26,459 bases of DNA from Candidatus Altiarchaeota archaeon (GTDB lineage Archaea > Altiarchaeota > Altiarchaeia > IMC4 > QMZM01), in NCBI GenBank assembly GCA_016931955.1, contig JAFGDV010000044.1, positions 1 through 26,459 of the forward strand. Reading direction: 5' to 3'. The notes below the pieces were generated by a model. The model saw nothing but the letters and a program-made list of their open reading frames with translations. It had not been told where the DNA came from and did not search any database. A program made the position numbers and the translations under genes. How positions within the stretch are numbered: the stretch's first letter is position 1; every line of letters starts with the position of its first letter. Of the stretch, positions 8,465-16,969 are shown piece by piece.

Positions 8465-8613
8465 TTTCCAGCTTCCTTCTCAGCCTTCTTTAAACCCTTC
8501 CTAAACTCTGCGACGGCTTCTCCGAGAGAGCGGGCAAGCTCGGGAAGACGCTTGCTCCCGAACAATAACAACAATATTAACAGTATTACGAGAATCTCAG
8601 TCCAACCAATCAT
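8461..8613 (-). CDS. tatA: Twin-arginine translocase subunit TatA
   Basis: MIGWTEILVILLILLLLFGSKRLPELARSLGEAVAEFRKG; GTGA overlap with the tatC start. Confidence 0.95.
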   Translation of the reverse strand: MIGWTEILVILLILLLLFGSKRLPELARSLGEAVAEFRKGLKKAEKEAGK

Positions 8614-8655
8614 TTTCCCATTATAACTTTCATTTCCTATTATAAATAACAAACA
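8614..8655. promoter_or_regulatory. Back-to-back TATA-box promoters, probably giving leaderless transcripts
   Basis: 42-nt AT-rich gap with TTATAA near 8621 (about 30 nt before ATG 8656) and TTTATAAT on the minus strand near 8639-8646 (about 30 nt before ATG 8613). Confidence 0.55.
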
Positions 8656-8871
8656 ATGGATATAGACGACGTGGTGGATAGAAGAGACGATGAAGCCCTG
8701 GTGAAGGCCCTAATCGACCCAGGAGAAGGCATAGTATACAAGAAAACAAAAGCCAAACCCCTCATACAGATACTGAGGGACGGATGCTGGTTCATCCAGA
8801 AAGGCACAAAAAGCCAAGGCCTAGGCAAAAGCAGACTGGAATCCCTGATACACGCTCTAAAGAAAAAATGA
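8656..8871 (+). CDS. Hypothetical protein
   Basis: 71-aa ORF with host-like codon usage; its stop overlaps (ATGA) the first copy of the tyrA start. Confidence 0.6.
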   Translation: MDIDDVVDRRDDEALVKALIDPGEGIVYKKTKAKPLIQILRDGCWFIQKGTKSQGLGKSRLESLIHALKKK

Positions 8872-8997
8872 CGGAAAAGATAACGATAATCGGTGGGCAC
8901 CTTTTTCTTAGAAAGAAAAACGTGCACGAAAAAGAAGGGAATTGCTTCGCAATTCAACAACAACTAAAATGACGGAAAAAATAACAATAGTAGGAGG
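8865..8997 (+). repeat. Diverged direct repeat of the tyrA 5' end flanking a two-hairpin insert
   Basis: 8865-8896 AAAATGACGGAAAAGATAACGATAATCGGTGG vs 8966-8997 AAAATGACGGAAAAAATAACAATAGTAGGAGG (27/32 identical); hairpins at 8897-8925 and 8939-8955. Confidence 0.8.
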
Positions 8998-10291
8998 ATA
9001 CGGCGGAATGGGCAAGTTCTTCGCAGGCATCTTCGCAGAAGAAGGCTTCGATGTTACAATAACAGGCCCCAATGAAGCGAAAGGCAAGGCTGCGGCAGAA
9101 GAACTAGGAGTCTCATACGAGAGAGACAACAAAAAAGCTACGAGGAACGCTGAAATCGTCATCATATCAGTCCCAGTTAACTCCACGCTAGAAGTCATCC
9201 GCGAAGTCGCCCCAGAGGTCAAGGAAGGATCGCTGCTGATGGATGTCACCTCCATCAAAGAAGAACCATGCAAAACCATGGAGGAGCACTCAAAGAAAGG
9301 CGTTGAGATCATCGGAACCCATCCAATGTTCAGCCACCGCGTAGCAGGCATGGAGGGACAGGTCTTCATCATAACACCCATCAGAGGGGGGAGATGGCTC
9401 ACCTGGCTGAAGAAGTTCCTGAAAAAACACAAATCAAAGGTGTACGAATCAACTCCGGAAGAACACGACGAGACGATGGCCGTCGTTCAGGGACTGACCC
9501 ACTTCACCTACATCTCCATAGGAAAAACCCTGCAAGAGATCGACTTCGACCTGAAAAAGTCCCGTAATTTTTCATCCCCAATATACGAGCTCATGCTGGA
9601 CATGGTAGGGAGGATAATCGGACAAAACCCTGAACTCTACGCCGCAATCCAGATGCAGAATCCGAGAACGACCAAGGTGCATGAAAGATTCCTCGAGGTT
9701 GCAGAGAGGCTCAGCAAAGCAGTAAAGGACAAAGACGAAAAAAATTTTCAAGAGATGATGTTGACCGCAGCCAGACACTTCGACGACGTCGACCAAGCGA
9801 TGGGCAGATCAGATAAGGCAATATCCTCCCTAGTCTCAGAGCTATCCCATCTGGAGGAGTCAATAGGCAAGGAACTCTGCCTAAGACACATCTACTCAGG
9901 TCAGACTCACCTGGGCATCGTTAAATCCGTGACCCCAGAGAAGGTCGTGCTAGAAGACTCTGGAAAAGAATTCAACCTAAAAATCTCAAACATCCAGATC
10001 CTAGGAGAAGAGGAGCGCATAGGCTACAAGAAAAACAGATACGGTACCATTGAGAGGGACTTCTCTGTGATACTAGACAAAGGGGTTAACGAAGAAACAG
10101 TCTCCACGTTGCTTGGAAACTTCGACGAAAACATTCTCCTAGTGAAGATCAAGGATGTTTACACTGGACCACAGATAGAGGAGAACAAGAAGAGCGTCTG
10201 CTTCGGTGTTGAGATGATGAACTACGACGTCAAGGAAATGGAAGAAAGGATTAATAGATTCCTCACAGACCTCGGGGGAAAACCAAGATAA
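8969..10291 (+). CDS. tyrA: Prephenate dehydrogenase with C-terminal extension (small beta-barrel-like + FDX-ACB-like domain)
   Basis: IVGGYGGMG, DVTSIK, GTHPMF, EEHDETMAVVQGLTHF; C-terminus RDFSVILD...KDVYTGPQIEENKKSV resembles the PheT anticodon-binding domain. Confidence 0.93.
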   Translation: MTEKITIVGGYGGMGKFFAGIFAEEGFDVTITGPNEAKGKAAAEELGVSYERDNKKATRNAEIVIISVPVNSTLEVIREVAPEVKEGSLLMDVTSIKEEPCKTMEEHSKKGVEIIGTHPMFSHRVAGMEGQVFIITPIRGGRWLTWLKKFLKKHKSKVYESTPEEHDETMAVVQGLTHFTYISIGKTLQEIDFDLKKSRNFSSPIYELMLDMVGRIIGQNPELYAAIQMQNPRTTKVHERFLEVAERLSKAVKDKDEKNFQEMMLTAARHFDDVDQAMGRSDKAISSLVSELSHLEESIGKELCLRHIYSGQTHLGIVKSVTPEKVVLEDSGKEFNLKISNIQILGEEERIGYKKNRYGTIERDFSVILDKGVNEETVSTLLGNFDENILLVKIKDVYTGPQIEENKKSVCFGVEMMNYDVKEMEERINRFLTDLGGKPR

Positions 10292-10338
10292 GAATGATTT
10301 ATTTTAAATTTATCGCAATATTATTCTAGGTGATTTTG

Positions 10339-11322
10339 ATGGCAAAGGTTTACTATGATGATGACGCGGATCTAAGCATCTTAACGGATAAGACGATAGC
10401 AGTCATAGGTTTCGGGAACCAGGGGGCTGCTCAGGCAGAGAACATGAGAGACTCCGGCCTGAACGTGATAATCGGCTCAATAAAAGACGCCAGCTGGGAT
10501 AATGCAAAGGCGAAGGGCTTTGACGTGATGCCCATAGAAGAAGCCGCTAAGAAAGCACACATAGTGCATATATTGATTCCAGATGAGATCCAGGCAGACG
10601 TCTACAAGGAAAAAATAGAGAAAAACCTTAAGGAAGGCGACGCATTGATGTTCTCCCATGGATTCAACATACGTTTTAAGGCAATTAAGCCCCCAAGTTT
10701 CATTGACGTCATAATGGTCGCCCCAAAGGGGCCTGGAGTCTTAGTACGAAAGACCTTCCAGGAAGGCTTCGGAACACCCGCCCTGATAGCGGTCGAACAA
10801 GACCACAGCGGGAAGGCGAAGAAGACAGTGCTGGCGTTGGCGAAGGCACTTGGGGCTACGCGTGCAGGGGTTCTGGAAACAACCTTCACAGAAGAAACCG
10901 AAACCGACCTATTCGGCGAACAAGTCGATTTATGCGGCGGAGTCACTGAGTTGATTAAGGCGTCCTTCGAAACCTTAGTCGAGAACGGCTATCAACCGGA
11001 GCTGGCCTACTTTGAGACCCTGCATGAGCTAAAGCTCATAACAGACCTCATCCAAGCAGGCGGCCTCGAATACATGTGGAAGTGCGTCTCCAACACGGCA
11101 GAATACGGAGGACGAACCCGCGGAAAAAAGATAATAACCTCAGACGTAAGGGAGAACATGAAGAAGATCCTCAAGGACATCCAGACAGACAAGTTCGCTA
11201 AGGAGTGGATCAACGAATACAAAGCAGGCTTACCCAACCTCAAAAAGATGAGGGAGGAAGACGCAAAACACCGGATAGAGGTGGTGGGCAAAAAGCTGAG
11301 GGAGATGTTTATAAAGAAATAA
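10339..11322 (+). CDS. ilvC: Ketol-acid reductoisomerase
   Basis: [58 protein letters not shown]. Confidence 0.98.
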   Translation: MAKVYYDDDADLSILTDKTIAVIGFGNQGAAQAENMRDSGLNVIIGSIKDASWDNAKAKGFDVMPIEEAAKKAHIVHILIPDEIQADVYKEKIEKNLKEGDALMFSHGFNIRFKAIKPPSFIDVIMVAPKGPGVLVRKTFQEGFGTPALIAVEQDHSGKAKKTVLALAKALGATRAGVLETTFTEETETDLFGEQVDLCGGVTELIKASFETLVENGYQPELAYFETLHELKLITDLIQAGGLEYMWKCVSNTAEYGGRTRGKKIITSDVRENMKKILKDIQTDKFAKEWINEYKAGLPNLKKMREEDAKHRIEVVGKKLREMFIKK

Positions 11323-11337
11323 GATTGGATGAGGTTC

Positions 11338-12120
11338 CTAAGCAACAGGAACCATCATCGACTCCATATCCACGGCGTTTTCTGCCTCGCTTGGGAGAAC
11401 AATATCCACTGGCTTATTGTAGTCGCTGAATGTCATGGTCATATTCATATCCAACGTGGAGCCTTCCTCTTCCATATTCATGTACATGAACAACTTCTTA
11501 ACAAGAAAAGTGTCCTTCGACACCCACTCCCTTATCTCCGCTTCCTTGATGCTACCCAAGTCCTCCGCACTCACCATTGACGTGGAACCCATCTGTTTAC
11601 CTAAAACATCCATCATCTTCTCCAAGTCAACGTCAACCTTCAATACATAGCAGTTCTCTCCGTCCAGTTTCTCATCGCTGAGAAGTTCAACCTGAGTGTA
11701 CATCAGTTCCCCAGACAGTCCAGCATAGTCCTGCTGCTCCCAAGTATCAGCCGATGTCTTGTTCTTAACCCAGCCAAAAAAGGGCATTTTCATGTATTGG
11801 ATGTCATCTATTATATACTGCTCCATGTCCATGCTCATACCCATCATAGACATCGACATATCCATGAACATCTTCTTGTTTTTCATATCCACCTTACCAT
11901 TTCCATCCATGCTTATCTCCGCCTCGCTTACTCCCATATCCATCTCCCCACCTACCATGAGCATGCTGATATCCGTGCTGAAAGAGTATGTTTCAACATT
12001 CTCCATAGCTTCAACAGCTCTGTCTCTGACCTGCTCCGCTGTAAGCTTTTCCTCTGTAGTGCACCCCAGAGAAAGCAGGAGAAAACCTATGGCAACAGCC
12101 GCCAGTAATCTTTTGTCCAT
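11338..12120 (-). CDS. Met-rich lipoprotein, LolA/LppX-like (DUF6612-like)
   Basis: MDKR + hydrophobic stretch + SLG-C lipobox; alternating beta-strand pattern; DGENCYVL, WVSKDTFLV, FSDYNKPVDIVLPSEA. GAGGGG lies upstream of ATG 12120. Confidence 0.72.
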   Translation of the reverse strand: MDKRLLAAVAIGFLLLSLGCTTEEKLTAEQVRDRAVEAMENVETYSFSTDISMLMVGGEMDMGVSEAEISMDGNGKVDMKNKKMFMDMSMSMMGMSMDMEQYIIDDIQYMKMPFFGWVKNKTSADTWEQQDYAGLSGELMYTQVELLSDEKLDGENCYVLKVDVDLEKMMDVLGKQMGSTSMVSAEDLGSIKEAEIREWVSKDTFLVKKLFMYMNMEEEGSTLDMNMTMTFSDYNKPVDIVLPSEAENAVDMESMMVPVA

Positions 12121-12142
12121 GTAAAACATTACCCCTCTATGA

Positions 12143-13015
12143 TTAAAAAACCATCTCACCCCTGAATACCTCCTCAACCGGCCCAGTCAGGAAAACCTTG
12201 GAAATACCTTCACCATCTAATTCTAACCCTACCTGTAAGTCCCCCCCACGAGCGTGAAAGATGATCGGCTTCCCCTTATCCGCAAGTTTGTTCAAGACTG
12301 CTGCGACTGCCGAAGCACATATTCCCGTACCGCAGGCGAGGGTTTCGTCTTCAACACCCCTCTCATAGGACCTAATCCTGAACTCGTTTTCCTTTATCTC
12401 CTGAACAAAATGCACGTTCACGCCATTTGGAAAAAGCTCCCTGTGCTCTCTTATCCCCCTACCGATTTTTTTAACCTTTAGGTTCCTCAGATCATCCAAG
12501 AACAAGACCACATGGGGGTTGCCCATGCCGACTGCTGTGAGCCTGTAGAGCCGTCCTTTAACCTCCACCGCCTGGTCTATGAAGGTGTCTCCGGGTCTGC
12601 CAGCCACTGGAATCTCCTTTCTCTTTAGAAGGGGTGCCCCCATATCCACCCTGACCTCCCCAACGACGCCGTCTTTAGCTATTGGATAGGAGGTGATGAC
12701 GCCCTTAAGTGTCTCCATCCTGATCTTCTGCTTCCTGGAAATCCCCCCTTCATACAAGTACTTCGTAAAGCAACGTATGCCGTTGCCGCACATCTCCGCC
12801 TTCGATCCATCCGGATTATAGAAGACAAATCGAGCATCAGAATCCTCCGACGGTTGAACGAATATAACGCCATCCGATCCAATACCGAAGTGCCTGTCAG
12901 ATGCCTTGACAACGAATTCCGGCTTTTTTTCTCCGGGGATAACAATGCTATTAAACTCGTCAATCAATATGAAGTCATTACCTGAAGCCTGCATCTTAAC
13001 GAAATGGATCTTCAT
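12143..13015 (-). CDS. dapF: Diaminopimelate epimerase
   Basis: KMQASGNDF, RHFGIGSDG, NPDGSKAEMCGNG, MGNPH, YERGVEDETLACGTG. Confidence 0.97.
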   Translation of the reverse strand: MKIHFVKMQASGNDFILIDEFNSIVIPGEKKPEFVVKASDRHFGIGSDGVIFVQPSEDSDARFVFYNPDGSKAEMCGNGIRCFTKYLYEGGISRKQKIRMETLKGVITSYPIAKDGVVGEVRVDMGAPLLKRKEIPVAGRPGDTFIDQAVEVKGRLYRLTAVGMGNPHVVLFLDDLRNLKVKKIGRGIREHRELFPNGVNVHFVQEIKENEFRIRSYERGVEDETLACGTGICASAVAAVLNKLADKGKPIIFHARGGDLQVGLELDGEGISKVFLTGPVEEVFRGEMVF

Positions 13016-13062
13016 CTTCTGATTCAAGCAATATTTAGATTCTGCGACTTATAAGATAATGG

Positions 13063-14730
13063 ATGGACTTTTCAACCCTGACCGATATCTATCAGGAACT
13101 TGAGAAAACACGCAGCAGGCTGGAGATGACCTCCATTGTCGCAGATTTCTTGAGGGATGTTCCAGGGGATGAACTGCAACAGACACTGCTGTTCCTTATG
13201 GGAAAGATCTTCCCGGCTTGGAGCGAGAGAGAACTGGGAATAGGCGGTAAGTTAGTCATACGAGCGATCTCGAAGGTTTCCGGCGCCAAAGAAGGTGACG
13301 TTGAAGACAGGATAAGGGAGACAGGCGACATCGGCCTTGCAGCAGAATCCCTTCTAGTCAGGAAGGCTCAGACAACCCTCTTCTCGGAAAAGCTGACCAC
13401 CAGGAGGGTATACAACAACATGGAAAGGCTTGCTGATCTGACAGGAAAAGGCTCACAAGAGAAGAAGATCTCATACATAGAGGAACTGCTTTCTTTCGCG
13501 GAACCTGTAGAAGCCAGATACGTCGTAAGGCTCATCCTCGAGGAGTTGAGGCTGGGTGTCGGGGAAGGCATCGTAGGGGATGCGATTGCACAGGCATTCA
13601 ACGTTGACTCCAAGCTTGTGGAGCACTCCTATTCCCTTTGCTCCGACCTAGGAGAGGTCGCCCAGATCGCTAAACAGGAGGGCAATACTGGACTTGAGAA
13701 GGTGACCATAAAGACGGGTCGGCCAGTAGAAGTGATGCTCGCCCAGAAAATAGGGGGTATCAAAGAGGTACTGGAGAAATTCGGCAAGGCAGCGTTTGAG
13801 ATAAAGTATGACGGGGCAAGGATACAGATACACAAGGACTACAATCGAATGGAACTCTACACTCGCAGGCTGGAGAACGTGACCAAACAGTTCCCTGAGA
13901 TAGTCAGAGAAGCAAGAGAAAACATAAAAGCGAAATCCGCCATCATAGAAGGTGAGCTGGTGGCCATAAAATCAGTTGAAGACCGACATCCCAGACCCTT
14001 CCAGGATCTCTCAAGGAGGATAAAAAGGAGATACAACATCCCAGAGATGGTGAAAAACATTCCTGTGGAGATAAACCTCTTCGACATACTCTACTACGAG
14101 GGAGAGAGCAGAATCGGTTACGGATTCATGGATAGACGAGGACTATTAGAGAGAATCGTAGACCAGACAGACTCTTTCAGGCTTGCAGATCAGCTGATAA
14201 CCGACGACATAAAAAAAGCTGAGGTATTCTATAAAAAAGCCCTCAGCCTCGGACACGAAGGGGTGATGGCTAAAAACCCTGACGCACCCTATCAGCCTGG
14301 GAGCAGGGTCGGCTACATGTACAAGATCAAGCCCATCATGGAAACCTTAGACCTTGTCATCGTCGGCGCCACCTGGGGCGAAGGCAGACGAGCACACTGG
14401 CTGGGCTCTTACCTGCTCGCAGTCTACGACCCCGACACTGGAGAGTTCTTGGACATCGGCAGAATGGCCACAGGTTTCACGGATGAGCAGCTTAGGGAGA
14501 TGACAGAACTCCTGAGGGACGACATAACAGAGGAGGTCGGAACGGGGGTAAAACTCAAACCCAAAGTCGTTGTAGAAGCGGCCTTCGAGGAAATCCAGAA
14601 GTCTCCCACCTACAGCTCAGGCTACGCTCTCCGCTTTCCCCGCCTTGTGAGAGTACGCCACGACAAAGGCCCGGAAGACGCCGACACCCCACATAGGGTC
14701 GAAGAACTCCGTAAAGGGGCTGCTGCCTGA
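13063..14730 (+). CDS. lig: ATP-dependent DNA ligase (archaeal type)
   Basis: EIKYDGAR adenylation motif, IIEGE, FDILY, EGVMAK, DLVIVGA, LRFPR. Confidence 0.98.
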   Translation: MDFSTLTDIYQELEKTRSRLEMTSIVADFLRDVPGDELQQTLLFLMGKIFPAWSERELGIGGKLVIRAISKVSGAKEGDVEDRIRETGDIGLAAESLLVRKAQTTLFSEKLTTRRVYNNMERLADLTGKGSQEKKISYIEELLSFAEPVEARYVVRLILEELRLGVGEGIVGDAIAQAFNVDSKLVEHSYSLCSDLGEVAQIAKQEGNTGLEKVTIKTGRPVEVMLAQKIGGIKEVLEKFGKAAFEIKYDGARIQIHKDYNRMELYTRRLENVTKQFPEIVREARENIKAKSAIIEGELVAIKSVEDRHPRPFQDLSRRIKRRYNIPEMVKNIPVEINLFDILYYEGESRIGYGFMDRRGLLERIVDQTDSFRLADQLITDDIKKAEVFYKKALSLGHEGVMAKNPDAPYQPGSRVGYMYKIKPIMETLDLVIVGATWGEGRRAHWLGSYLLAVYDPDTGEFLDIGRMATGFTDEQLREMTELLRDDITEEVGTGVKLKPKVVVEAAFEEIQKSPTYSSGYALRFPRLVRVRHDKGPEDADTPHRVEELRKGAAA

Positions 14731-14892
14731 ACTCTTTTTAGTATATATCAACACATCAAGATATCTACATGTTAAGATATCACAATCCCAACATAGCGAG
14801 ATATAGGTATATAACCATCACAACATAAGGGCAGGAACATCCGTTCCCTCCCTTATCAACCCAACCCTCCTGTTGCGTTTTCTTTTGGGATG

Positions 14893-14927
14893 ATAGCACT
14901 TTTCTTTTTCCAAAAGAAAAGGGCTAT
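14893..14927. terminator. Hairpin downstream of tRNA-Val (terminator or REP-like palindrome)
   Basis: ATAGC-A-CTTTTCTTTT-TCC-AAAAGAAAAG-G-GCTAT: 10-bp plus 5-bp stem with T-tracts on both strands. Confidence 0.5.
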
Positions 14928-14934
14928 AGGGTGA

Positions 14935-15008
14935 TGGGCCCGCCCGGATTTGAACCGGGGATCTTCGCCACGTCAAGGCGACGTCATAACCAACTAGACT
15001 ACGGGCCC
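14935..15008 (-). tRNA. tRNA-Val(GAC), no intron, CCA not encoded
   Basis: Minus strand GGGCCCGTAGTCTAGTTGGTTATGACGTCGCC-TTGACGT-GGCGAAGATCCCCGGTTCAAATCCGGGCGGGCCCA; complete cloverleaf, followed by TCA. Confidence 0.97.
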
Positions 15009-15025
15009 AAGAAGCTCTTAAAGGA

Positions 15026-15499
15026 TTATTCTTGTTTAAGGTTTAGGTTGATCTTCGACAAGTCGACGAAGCCCAGCACCAGATCTATTATGCTCAATAT
15101 GCCGACCAATTTCTCGTCTTCGACCACGGCAAGCCTTCTTATGTTGTATTCTATCATCTTTTCGAGGGCTGTTGTTGGGGAGTCTTCTGGTTTAACTGTG
15201 AGAAGATCCTTCACCATAACATCCTTCACCTTCGTTGATCTGTCAAAGTAGTCGCTGATTGACATCACAAGAAGAAGATCATATGCGCCTACGATCCCCA
15301 CCGGTTTCTTTCTGTCAGTGACTATGAGTGAGTGAATCCTGTGCTCGAGCATTTTTTCGGCTGCTGAGACCACAGTATCCTCTGAACCGATTGTTAAAAC
15401 GTCGGACGACATAAGGTCTTTGACTAAGGGCTCGTGTTCCCGCCTTTTCTTTTCTATCTGCTTCAGTTTTTTTATCAAAAAATCGGTCTTGATTTTCAT
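15026..15499 (-). CDS. Tandem CBS-domain protein
   Basis: VKDLMSSDV...IHSLIVTD..KPVGIV and VKDVMVKDL...IRRLAVVEDEKLVGILS. Confidence 0.92.
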   Translation of the reverse strand: MKIKTDFLIKKLKQIEKKRREHEPLVKDLMSSDVLTIGSEDTVVSAAEKMLEHRIHSLIVTDRKKPVGIVGAYDLLLVMSISDYFDRSTKVKDVMVKDLLTVKPEDSPTTALEKMIEYNIRRLAVVEDEKLVGILSIIDLVLGFVDLSKINLNLKQE

Positions 15500-15505
15500 C
15501 CTACG

Positions 15506-15652
15506 TCAGGTGTTGAATCTCTTCGTTCTACCGTATCCACAGGATGCGCACACTCCTTTTCTCTCGTGGAAGGAGTTTTTACCGCAGCGTCTGCATCTGA
15601 CGTGAGTGTGTTTTTTGTTTCTTTTACCGAGGCTGGGTGTTCCTTTTGTCAT
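15506..15652 (-). CDS. rpl37e: 50S ribosomal protein L37e (not in ORF track)
   Basis: Hand translation: [48 protein letters not shown]; C2-C2 zinc finger; conserved position after lsm. Confidence 0.96.
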   Translation of the reverse strand: MTKGTPSLGKRNKKHTHVRCRRCGKNSFHERKGVCASCGYGRTKRFNT

Positions 15653-15656
15653 CTTA

Positions 15657-15863
15657 TCAGCATACGAAGAGTATCATGTCTCCGCGCAGGAATATCTTCT
15701 TAAGTTTTTTCTCGACTTCGTTGTCCTTGAATTCAGCGTTATCCAGTACAAGGTTGATGTGTATGTCAAAAGCTTTCAGCGTCCCCCTGATCTCCATGCC
15801 ATTTTTAAGCCTCACCAGTACTTGCTGGTCCATTAGTTCCCCTAAAGCGTCCAGTGGTTTCAT
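15657..15863 (-). CDS. lsm: Sm-like archaeal protein (SmAP1/Lsm)
   Basis: [37 protein letters not shown]; adjacent to rpl37e. Confidence 0.95.
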   Translation of the reverse strand: MKPLDALGELMDQQVLVRLKNGMEIRGTLKAFDIHINLVLDNAEFKDNEVEKKLKKIFLRGDMILFVC

Positions 15864-15921
15864 ATATATCACCTAAGGATATTAATACTATGTAGAGATT
15901 ATATAAAAATAGGCAGGTAGG

Positions 15922-16968
15922 ATGGACATCATAGCTGAAATAGGGAGAAGGCTTTTAAGAACTAGAACCGGGCTCGAAGAAAACAACCTTGATGCTCTCC
16001 TCTTAGGTAATCCGAAGAACGTGCTCTATCTTACTGGAAGGGATGCTGGCAGGGTATTGGTAACTAGAGACCATGCAGTGTTGTGGGTGAAGGAGTTATA
16101 CCAGGAACTCTATTCAAGGCTTTACTCCCACAGAGACTACGGCTTTGAGGTTCGAGTATATGAGAAAGATGCTGTAAAGGACTTCATCAATAGATCAATG
16201 GTAGAGAGGCTTGGAGTTGAAAACATTAGAGTAATGGATTACCGTAAGCTGTCAAGGGAAGTCAACGCCGAGTTGCTTCCATGCGATATCGTTGAAAGAC
16301 TGCGTTCTGTTAAATCGGACTACGAGATCACCCAGTTGAAGAAGGCTGCGAAGATAGCGAAGAAGGGTATGGAGAAAGCCTATGACATAGTAGACGAAGG
16401 CATTAGCGAGGTTGATGCCGTCGCCGCAATAGAGTCAGAAATCAGGGAACTAGGATCTGAGACGCCGCCCTTCGAATCGGGGATGCTTCTCGCATCATCA
16501 GGGTCTGGGGCAGACGTACACGCCCTCGCGCAGATGAAAAAAATCCGCTCAGGTTCTCTTGTGGTCGTAGATCTCGGCGGACGGTGGAAAGGCTATCACT
16601 CCGATATGACTAGGACTCTTACAGTAGGCAGATTAGGTGGAGAGGGGAAAAAATTGCTTGAGTTCGTGGAAAACCTTGAACTTGAAACGATAGAGAAACT
16701 GGAAGTTGGGGTGAAAGCCTCAGAAATCCATGAACTGGTCGAAAAAAAGATCAACGGTGGTGGATACCGGTTCTATCACTCCACAGGACACGGCGTAGGC
16801 TTAGAAGTGCATGAGAGACCAAACATCGGATCTGAGTCAGATGATATTTTAGGGGATAACATGGTGTTCACGATAGAGCCTGGAATCTATATCCCCAAAA
16901 GATTCGGCATACGGTTTGAGGATACCGTCCTCTTGCGTAAGAAAAAGAAAGAGATACTGACACGGTAA
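15922..16968 (+). CDS. Xaa-Pro peptidase (M24 family)
   Basis: NVLYLTG, LRSVKSDYEI, VDLGG..GYHSDMTRT, HSTGHGVGLEVHERP, TIEPGIY, GIRFED. Confidence 0.95.
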   Translation: MDIIAEIGRRLLRTRTGLEENNLDALLLGNPKNVLYLTGRDAGRVLVTRDHAVLWVKELYQELYSRLYSHRDYGFEVRVYEKDAVKDFINRSMVERLGVENIRVMDYRKLSREVNAELLPCDIVERLRSVKSDYEITQLKKAAKIAKKGMEKAYDIVDEGISEVDAVAAIESEIRELGSETPPFESGMLLASSGSGADVHALAQMKKIRSGSLVVVDLGGRWKGYHSDMTRTLTVGRLGGEGKKLLEFVENLELETIEKLEVGVKASEIHELVEKKINGGGYRFYHSTGHGVGLEVHERPNIGSESDDILGDNMVFTIEPGIYIPKRFGIRFEDTVLLRKKKKEILTR

Positions 16969-16969
16969 G

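Noticed and set aside
14935-15008. tRNA as attachment site of an integrated element
   Set aside because: No duplicate of the tRNA 3' end and no integrase seen in the window.
14931-15251. 106-aa plus-strand ORF
   Set aside because: Antisense shadow of tRNA-Val and the CBS gene.
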